From the NCBI RefSeq assembly GCF_001194135.2, contig NC_068986.1:112897694-112961693 (forward strand): a DNA stretch of 64,000 nt, in the 5' to 3' direction. The first letter of the stretch is position 1; each line of letters starts with the position of its first letter. The notes beneath the pieces were generated by a model. The model was not told the DNA's origin. It was given only the letters and a program-made list of their open reading frames with translations, and did not search any database. Shown one piece after another: positions 54,035 through 64,000 of this stretch. The stretch is from Octopus bimaculoides. Lineage: Eukaryota. A program made the translations under genes and the position numbers.

Positions 54035-54904
54035 ATATATATANNNNNNNNNNNNNNNNNNNNNNNNNNNNNNNNNNNNNNNNNNNNNNNNNNNNNNNNN
54101 NNNNNNNNNNNNNNNNNNNNNNNNNNNNNNNNNNNNNNNNNNNNNNNNNNNNNNNNNNNNNNNNNNNNNNNNNNNNNNNNNNNNNNNNNNNNNNNNNNNN
54201 NNNNNNNNNNNNNNNNNNNNNNNNNNNNNNNNNNNNNNNNNNNNNNNNNNNNNNNNNNNNNNNNNNNNNNNNNNNNNNNNNNNNNNNNNNNNNNNNNNNN
54301 NNNNNNNNNNNNNNNNNNNNNNNNNNNNNNNNNNNNNNNNNNNNNNNNNNNNNNNNNNNNNNNNNNNNNNNNNNNNNNNNNNNNNNNNNNNNNNNNNNNN
54401 NNNNNNNNNNNNNNNNNNNNNNNNNNNNNNNNNNNNNNNNNNNNNNNNNNNNNNNNNNNNNNNNNNNNNNNNNNNNNNNNNNNNNNNNNNNNNNNNNNNN
54501 NNNNNNNNNNNNNNNNNNNNNNNNNNNNNNNNNNNNNNNNNNNNNNNNNNNNNNNNNNNNNNNNNNNNNNNNNNNNNNNNNNNNNNNNNNNNNNNNNNNN
54601 NNNNNNNNNNNNNNNNNNNNNNNNNNNNNNNNNNNNNNNNNNNNNNNNNNNNNNNNNNNNNNNNNNNNNNNNNNNNNNNNNNNNNNNNNNNNNNNNNNNN
54701 NNNNNNNNNNNNNNNNNNNNNNNNNNNNNNNNNNNNNNNNNNNNNNNNNNNNNNNNNNNNNNNNNNNNNNNNNNNNNNNNNNNNNNNNNNNNNNNNNNNN
54801 NNNNNNNNNNNNNNNNNNNNNNNNNNNNNNNNNNNNNNNNNNNNNNNNNNNNNNNNNNNNNNNNNNNNNNNNNNNNNNNGTGTGTGTGTGTATAGGGAGA
54901 ATTC

Positions 54905-55045
54905 ATAACAAAAACAAAATACAAGAACTGGTGCTGTAGACAACAAACAGATGTATTAGTTTAACGCTCGAGAAGTGAAAAAAGTCTTTAACGTTTCGAG
55001 CCTACGCTCTTCCACAGAAAAGAACATAAAAAGAAACAAGGATAT
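54905..55045 (-). mobile_element. Repeat family P, copy 2
   Basis: Near-identical to 40575-40730. Confidence 0.8.
54985..55023 (-). ncRNA. Minimal hammerhead-like motif with variant core CUGUGGA
   Basis: tctttt-CTGTGGA-a-gagc(gtag)gctc-GAAA-c-gtt-aaaga. Perfect 4-bp stem II, U-A-rich stem I, and the palindrome aacgtt where stem III should be. Confidence 0.6.
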
Positions 55046-55154
55046 ATATATATACATGCATACGTACATGGATAGATAGGTAGATTCATAGATACAAGCA
55101 TACACACATACATGCACACCACACACGCACATACACACACACCTATATGCATAG

Positions 55155-55186
<32 letters not shown>

Positions 55187-56062
55187 CTGTTTCTGTTTAT
55201 GTTTGTGCATGTATTGTCTATGTGTGTTTGCGCACGGCTTCTTTGTGTGTGGTTATGCATGTCCACGTAAAATAATATTTTATTGGAAGCGTGTGAGATT
55301 ATGCTCACCTATCTTGTCTACTTCACCATCAAAACCATAGTCGAAAAAACAAAACAACACCAGTAAAAATTCGGTCAGGTGGAAAGATTGCCAATTCATG
55401 TAGCCAAGAGTAGCACCAATGATGCTTATATACTATCAAAGTCAAAGAGAAAATCAAACGAATGTAAGACGATAACTTAACCAACAGCAATAACAGTAAC
55501 AAAACCGATCTCTAAAAACATCTATATTTCTATTTAAAACTTATTTTGTATAAACACAAAATAGATTTCTTGTCATTCTAAGTGAACATTTACCAAGATT
55601 GACACATAAATTCTTTAAATCGTCTTCAGCATCACCTAGCAAATGGAAGATAAATTGACGTCGGTTAACGTCAATTTTATTCAACGTCGATATATGAAGT
55701 TTTCTTTTGTTCTTTCAGATATTACTTCGATAGTGTTCTTAGTTGTTTAATATGGAGTTATTGTTGTGTTGTTGTCATTGATGTCGGAATAGAAATTGAG
55801 ATGAGAGAAGAACAAAACTCGGTGTGGCTGTGTGATGTGTAATTGCTATTTAAGCGACCAACAATTGTAAATATGAAAGACAAAAATGAAAAAAAAAAGA
55901 AAAAATTAAAACACATTTCATATGAGTAAATACATTGAACACGGACATACGAAGAGGAAGTAGAGGTTCTATCATTTTATTTTATTGAAACACATACACA
56001 CACTCACACATGCACACACACGTGCGTGCACACTCTCATGTGTGTGTATCATTAATTATGTA

Positions 56063-56094
<32 letters not shown>

Positions 56095-56314
56095 TAGTAT
56101 GTATGTCTATATGTACATATAGACATACATACGATCATCTATATATCTATCTATTTATCTATCTATCAATCTATCTGTGTGTGCCTCTCTCCCTCCCTCT
56201 TTCTATATATGTATCTATATATCTATCTATCTATATATCTATATACATATATAAATATATAGTTAGATACATATCTACGAATGAATGCATAGGTATATAT
56301 ACATACATACATAC

Positions 56315-56347
<33 letters not shown>

Positions 56348-57499
56348 TNNNNNNNNNNNNNNNNNNNNNNNNNNNNNNNNNNNNNNNNNNNNNNNNNNNN
56401 NNNNNNNNNNNNNNNNNNNNNNNNNNNNNNNNNNNNNNNNNNNNNNNNNNNNNNNNNNNNNNNNNNNNNNNNNNNNNNNNNNNNNNNNNNNNNNNNNNNN
56501 NNNNNNNNNNNNNNNNNNNNNNNNNNNNNNNNNNNNNNNNNNNNNNNNNNNNNNNNNNNNNNNNNNNNNNNNNNNNNNNNNNNNNNNNNNNNNNNNNNNN
56601 NNNNNNNNNNNNNNNNNNNNNNNNNNNNNNNNNNNNNNNNNNNNNNNNNNNNNNNNNNNNNNNNNNNNNNNNNNNNNNNNNNNNNNNNNNNNNNNNNNNN
56701 NNNNNNNNNNNNNNNNNNNNNNNNNNNNNNNNNNNNNNNNNNNNNNNNNNNNNNNNNNNNNNNNNNNNNNNNNNNNNNNNNNNNNNNNNNNNNNNNNNNN
56801 NNNNNNNNNNNNNNNNNNNNNNNNNNNNNNNNNNNNNNNNNNNNNNNNNNNNNNNNNNNNNNNNNNNNNNNNNNNNNNNNNNNNNNNNNNNNNNNNNNNN
56901 NNNNNNNNNNNNNNNNNNNNNNNNNNNNNNNNNNNNNNNNNNNNNNNNNNNNNNNNNNNNNNNNNNNNNNNNNNNNNNNNNNNNNNNNNNNNNNNNNNNN
57001 NNNNNNNNNNNNNNNNNNNNNNNNNNNNNNNNNNNNNNNNNNNNNNNNNNNNNNNNNNNNNNNNNNNNNNNNNNNNNNNNNNNNNNNNNNNNNNNNNNNN
57101 NNNNNNNNNNNNNNNNNNNNNNNNNNNNNNNNNNNNNNNNNNNNNNNNNNNNNNNNNNNNNNNNNNNNNNNNNNNNNNNNNNNNNNNNNNNNNNNNNNNN
57201 NNNNNNNNNNNNNNNNNNNNNNNNNNNNNNNNNNNNTATATATATATATATACATGTATGTATGTATGTATGTATGTATGTATGTATGTATGTATATGCA
57301 AGCCTATGTGTGTGAATGTTTGTGTGTAATATACACGTGTGCATATATGTACATATAGACACATACGTTTGTCTATTTCTTTAGGATTTTCTCTGTGCGC
57401 GTATGTTATGAGCGTGTGTATGTAAACATTAATGCCGATCACAATAGCGTCCATCAAATATTGAATCGGTATTCAAGTGCAAAGAGAGAGAAAGAGAGA

Positions 57500-57536
<37 letters not shown>

Positions 57537-58234
57537 AGAGAGACAGAGAGACAGAGACAGAGGTGGGTGGAGAGCATGTTATGTTTGAAAGAAAGAAAGA
57601 CGTGATCGTGCAAGCATTAAGTGCATTACTCGTAAGAAAAGTAAAGCGAGGCATCAAAGCTAGAAGCAGAGAGAACATGAACGCAGGTCATTGAGACAAT
57701 ATTGAAGCTTTGTACAAAACACAAAAGCTTGGTTATAAAGTGAAAACGAAATGAATTTGTAAATGTATATTTCATCTATTTCCTTTCGGCGTAATACAAG
57801 TTTTATAATCCTAATAAGAACACTGTGTGGTATAATGATGTTTGTACAATAAATTTCGTTTTCGTAAATAGTTTATTTGAAATACGAGAAATGCTGTAAT
57901 TGTTTTTTACCTTTTTCCTTGGTTGCTGTTGTTGTTCTCTGCTATAAGTTTCATTTTATTTATATGTACCGAAGGAGAGATTATTAAATTCATGTGAGTG
58001 TTTAATTAATGTTTAATGCTAATGATTATATAAGTAATTATAGCGCAAGATGCTACAAGAATGACTGTACGAACAAAGATGTCTATGAAAGTATCATTGG
58101 TTTATATTCACGCACATATTTATACTTGCGTATGTGTGTGTGCGTTTCTGTGTGTCTGTCTGTCTCTCTGTATGCATGTATGTATGTATGTATGTATGTA
58201 TGTATATATGCGTGTATGTAGGTATGTACATATA

Positions 58235-58399
58235 GGGAATGCGATATTCGTGACCGGGAGCAGGACTCAATATACAATGCTTAAGACAGAAGCGAGAGTC
58301 GAGTACAGAGAGATAACAAGGAAATGAGATGATAGAGGAATTAAAAAATTATGTAGTGAACCTCATTAGCTCACATCTGTTTCTTCTATAAAAATGCAG
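58235..58399 (+). repeat. Unclassified ~165-bp repeat, copy 2
   Basis: Matches 52670-52833. Confidence 0.85.
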
Positions 58400-58530
58400 A
58401 GGATTTTTAGTTGAGTGCCTGAGTAACTCATTATAACTTCGTCGGAGCCGCAATCATGAACAGAAATTTGAAATTGCATCTCATGTTCGAGAGATAGATA
58501 ACGCGAGAGTTTACAAATAGAAAACTATCT

Positions 58531-58740
58531 CTTTTTTTATTGCCAACGGGAGGGGGTAAACATAGAGGGGACAAACAAGGACAGACAAAGGGTTTAAGTC
58601 GATTACATCGATCCCAGTGCGTGACTGGTACTTATTTTAATCGACCCCAAAAGGATGAAAGGTAAAGTCGACCTCAGTGGAATTTGAGCTCAGAACGTAA
58701 CGGCAGACGAAATACCGCTAAGCATTTGACCCGGCGTGTT
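58531..58740 (-). mobile_element. SINE family B, near full length
   Basis: Reverse complement of 4650-4860, including ggggacaaacaaggacagacaaag and aagtcgattacatcga. Confidence 0.9.
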
Positions 58741-59027
58741 GCCGTACACATTCGCTAGCTGTCTTAGAAATCGATCTAATGCTCTTAACTTAGACTATTT
58801 TGGGGGCAACCACATCGAACCATCTAAAGTGTAGGTGCCCGAAATGGTCGTGACTTCTGGAACTTGACTGAGGAAAGAAAGTTACGAATGACCCGTCTTT
58901 TTTTGCCTGTCCTTCTAATAGTTGTTTCTCTTCTCCGCCTTTGCATCGTTTATCTGTTCGAATGTTTTAATGTCTTCTACTGCGTTTTTGTTCCATACAC
59001 ACACACATACACACACACGCACACACA

Positions 59028-59089
<62 letters not shown>

Positions 59090-59493
59090 AGTGTGTGTGT
59101 AATTATTGGCGCACGGGATATGTAACACTCTGCCTAAATACCGACCTTGATAAACTGAGCTTCTCAAAACTAAAAAGGAGAAAGCTGACTCAGAGACTAC
59201 AGATCGAATCCATCACTGGAACGATAAAAATCTGTTAAATTTTCCAGGAGTTTATCATTTAAGTATAAATGAGCATGTCTAGATATTGCATGAGAATACA
59301 TGCATAAAACAGGTGAATGGGAAGGAACAAAGACAAAGTGAATTCATTGAAGGGAATGGTTATAAAGATAAATTTAGAAAAGATATAAAAACAAAGAAAA
59401 CAAGAAGTCCTACCAACATACCATAAAATATTTTTAAAAACATTAAAAATCTCCACCCATACNNNNNNNNNNNNNNNNNNNNNNNNNNNNNNN

Positions 59494-59528
<35 letters not shown>

Positions 59529-60918
59529 CATACATACACACATACATACATACATGCATTCATGCCTGCATACATACATACATACATACGTACATGCATA
59601 CATACGTACGTACGTACAAAATAACCTGTTATTGGTGTTGAAATTCCGAAGGAGCCTTTGATCTAGATTAGAAACCAGCTCTTTATTGGCAAGAAATATT
59701 GAAATAAAACTGAACAATGACATACCTGCATCCATATATACATGCAGCCATGAATATAAGAAAGATAGTTCAGGATATTTCACTGAGGAGATAAATGTAT
59801 TTGATCTGTTCCATATGATAAAACCGTGGTCAGTATTGTACTGCTATTTGGGTTTCTGGACACAGATGTGAACACTGATAGTGGTCCGTGGCTTAATCAT
59901 GTTGATTAGAGATATACTAAGGTCAACGTGAACTACCTTATCAGCAGCATTACTGGTAAAATATTGTTTTAAACGGTGAGACGGAGGCAGACACCTAAAT
60001 CCGTTTAGACAGTGTTTGAGTGTTCTCACAGTAACGTGAGAACAGAGTGTTACACAGATGTAATTATCACTGCAAGTTATGTGATACTATTAATAGAATA
60101 TCACTTTTATAGGAACTTTAAGTGTAGAGCTGTTCCATGTGAACCCAGGTCAACCAGACGAGCCCACGGGATATGCAGCTAGCATAACAGGTGCGGGATA
60201 TGAGTAACTACGTTTTGTGTTTAACTTGTCTGATCATTCGAAATACGTATTCATTTATTCAACTACGGCCAGGTTGGGATACCACATTCTAACAAATCGA
60301 CAGCAATTCTAAAAATACTAAAGTCTAGTAGCATTCTGTCGGATCATTTTGCCCAATCGCTAAGTTAGGATGACGTAATGAAACCAACAGCGGCTATGAA
60401 TCGATGGTGGAGGTGACAAGTTGGCAGAATATTTGCAGCGATGGATAGAAATACGGGATTTTTCCGACCGTCTGTGTTTTGCGTATGAATGACTCCAAGG
60501 TGAATTTTGTCTTTCATACATTCGGGATTACGAAAAACACGAAGTAGCTCTCCAGGGCTGTGTATTGATCGAATAGCAAGTAAGTCGAGATGGTATGTCT
60601 GTTTTTTACTAATACGAATGTTTGCTTCTTGACAAAGAGATGCATTGCCCTGTGACTTTAGCCTTTCCCTTTGATAAACATCGGTGGAATCGAGAGGGGT
60701 GACATACATGCATAAGTAAATATTGTGATCTGCAAAAATCTCGCCCAGATAAGCACAGGTAGATGTCTGGTTACTAAGCTTAACCGACAGACGATTTCTA
60801 CTCGAAATCGTTAACATATGTAAACGTATTTATAATAACATTCAGTAGACAACACAAATTATAAATTGTTTTCAGCATAGATACAGACTTTTATAGGTTG
60901 ATTGTTAGTCAAATCATT

Positions 60919-61060
60919 CCCAGTACTTTAGAGGTACTTTATTTTATGTATCCTGACAGAAAGAAAGAAAGACGAAGTTGACCCATGCAGGATCTGAACT
61001 TATAAAATAAGGAAGGCAACAAATGCCGCAAATCATATCTCCGATGCTATAAACTGAATT
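60919..61060 (-). mobile_element. Diverged SINE family B copy
   Basis: ggtactttatttta..tatcctga..gaaag ... aagttgacc ... aaatgccgca. Confidence 0.55.
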
Positions 61061-62209
61061 CCCATTCCATTACCTTGGTGTCAGTGGTTTTACATATCTG
61101 ACGGTTGATGCTGCAATGCATATTATGGCGATAGAGAGGTAATATTTACGAAGAAGTCATACCATTCAGTCAAAGATAAGAGTGGGATTCTTACGACTAC
61201 ATCAACTCGTATTTCTATTTAGTTATTTCCATTAAAAACAGCTGATAATTATTTTCTTAACGCAAAAAATTAGATATCTCTTGAAATATATATTAATTAA
61301 CTCATCAAGTTAAATATTAGAGTAAGTTAATGATATAGAGACGTTCATATATTCTACATATTTTTTTTCATGTTTGTTTGTTTGTTTGTTGTTTTTTTGT
61401 TTTTTTTTTATCTTACTGGAATATGACACGTTGAATTATTCAGAAAAAAAAAATCATATTAAGTGCTTCAATTTCTCGCATTCAAATATTCCTGTTGCCT
61501 AAATGAAGGCAGTTGTCGGAGGAAATGTGATTAAATTATATTTCATTCGGAGTGATCTTTTCGTCTTTGATATATTCTGGCATTGCTAGTTGATATGTTG
61601 ATATGCTGCAATAATCTAGTCAGACTGACCAGCAGAGGAATGCAATCACATTTGTCTCAAGAAAGAACAAAATAAATAAATAAATGAACACTTTATATCT
61701 AAATGCAGTTTAGTGGAATGTGTCAGTTGTCAGAGAGATAGGAGTTTTTCACAGAGACGAATGGACACCAAACGGTATAGATATCTATGCTGGCACTCAG
61801 TTGATTCTTTGCTAATTAGAGGCTTAACTGTTCCACAGAGATAAGAGACATATCGTTGTCTGGCGACCGAAGCTGTCGGATTGACAAATACTTACGCAGC
61901 TTGTGTTACAGATCTGACACGGAGATTCTACATGACAGTTTGCGATGAACGAAGCACTGGCGTCAGAGTTTACCGATGAAAGCAAACACTTGTGCAGTTC
62001 ACATCATGTCAACCCCTTTCTTACATTTGACTTATTCTGTGAACTGCTTACTAAATAACTACACATAAACGAACACACACACACACGTATATGTACAGAA
62101 ATAAACAGACACACAAACACATACGTGTATGTATGTATGCATGCATGCGTATGTATATGTGCATATTTGTATATGCATGTTCATATATATACGTGCATTA
62201 CATATATAT

Positions 62210-62240
<31 letters not shown>

Positions 62241-62517
62241 NNNNNNNNNNNNNNNNNNNNNNNNNNNNNNNNNNNNNNNNNNNNNNNNNNNNNNNNNNNN
62301 NNNNNNNNNNNNNNNNNNNNNNNNNNNNNNNNNNNNNNNNNNNNNNNNNNNNNNNNNNNNNNNNNNNNNNNNNNNNNNNNNNNNNNNNNNNNNNNNNNNN
62401 NNNNNNNNNNNNNNNNNNNNNNNNNNNNNNNNNNNNNNNNNNNNNNNNNNNNNNNNNNNNNNNNNNNNNNNNNNNNNNNNNNNNNNNNNNNNNNNNNNNN
62501 NNNNNNNNNNNNNNNNN

Positions 62518-62563
<46 letters not shown>

Positions 62564-62973
62564 ATGTATATATAAATGTATATATAAATATGAATATCTA
62601 TACATGCATATGTTTGCATACGTATAATGTTATGCTTATGTGTATGTTGACACATACACGTATACACATTCAATCATAGATACATACATTCATACATGCG
62701 TTCTTTCACATTTCTCCAAGATTGCCAAGATAAATTGAAAAGCAACTTCAAGTAGTTTCTAATATAATAATATTGCGGTGGCGTTCAGTTGGATGAGGAG
62801 TTATAGGAAAAATCAAAAGGCTTAAGACTGCTAATCAGAATCTGTGACAGCTTTTACTGAGATAGCCTTGGCTTAGGCAGGATATAGCTAGAGCTTCATT
62901 TTAATAGCCAGAGTACGTGTGGATGTATCCTCACATGCAGACAGAGAGCCACTCACATCTTACGTGTATCAGA

Positions 62974-63010
<37 letters not shown>

Positions 63011-63960
63011 GTAGTCGTATGTGAATGTCTTAGTGTCATATGCTGTAGATACATGATTTTATGGAATTATGAGCGGAAATGATGGCTACTACAAAAATGT
63101 CATGCTCACTGTGTAGAGGAGGAAAGCATATGTATCTATGTATTTGTGAATATATATACACAAATATATATATACGCGTCTTGTGCGTGTATTTATATAT
63201 GGGATGTATATGAGTGAACAAGTTTGTGAATGTGTGTGAGATTAGTTTTGAGTGTGTGTGAGCTTGTATGAGAGTGTGCGCATGTATAGGCGTTGAGTAT
63301 TTGCGTTTTAATGTTACTGTGTCCTTATAGAAGAGAGATAGAGAGCGACAAAGAGAAAGAGAAAGAAAGAGGGTGGCATAGAGAGCGTGCAGGGGAACGC
63401 GGTTGTGATAGCGAAAGAGAGAGACAGTGACACAAGGAGTGTTTGGGAGAAATAGGGAAATTATGTTTAACAGGTAGATCAATTGTTAGAGTAGTGAGCC
63501 CTGAACTATTAAAGCAATCACTTACCAACCACATTGATTTCTTATCGATTTTCATATTTCTGAGGCCTTTACACGCTTATTCGCCAAGTGAACCATGAAA
63601 TTGAACTAGGTTAATTACTTACAGCGCTCACGCATGCATCATCTTCTCAAACATCCATACTACAGTAAGACATATATACATATGATATATATCCTCCTGT
63701 ATATTTATATATGTATATATATACATCAATAAATATTCATATATATGCACATGTAAAGATCGACAAAAAATACATATATATGCATACAACGGTATTTAGA
63801 TACATATGCTTTTTAATATATATTTTATACACCTCTACATATATACACACATGCATATGTGTGTATATATACATATATATACATAAATGTGTGTATTTAT
63901 ATATCTATGTATACAATTTATATGTGAGAGTCAAATTTTTCTAGCTTAACTATCTATCAG

Positions 63961-63994
<34 letters not shown>

Positions 63995-64000
63995 TATACA

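Overview
AT-rich, repeat-dense animal DNA with 15 N-gaps, most of them flanked by (TA)n or other microsatellites. The SINE families and repeat landscape resemble Octopus/coleoid cephalopod DNA, but that is an inference from memory, not a search result. I find no supported host gene, rRNA, real tRNA or CRISPR array, and most listed ORFs are translated microsatellites or gaps. Supported content: several tRNA-derived SINE families in multiple copies, a mariner element with both TIRs (29509-30661), a Penelope-like RT plus GIY-YIG remnant (~30690-31540), an R4/Dong-type retrotransposon mosaic (~10700-12761) and a CR1-like LINE fragment with an APE endonuclease (~48800-50340). The most notable signal is four minimal type I hammerhead-ribozyme-like motifs in two repeat families. 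One family is a tRNA-headed SINE (21045-21324 and 1341-1484). The other has the non-canonical core CUGUGGA in both copies (40660-40697 and 54985-55023).
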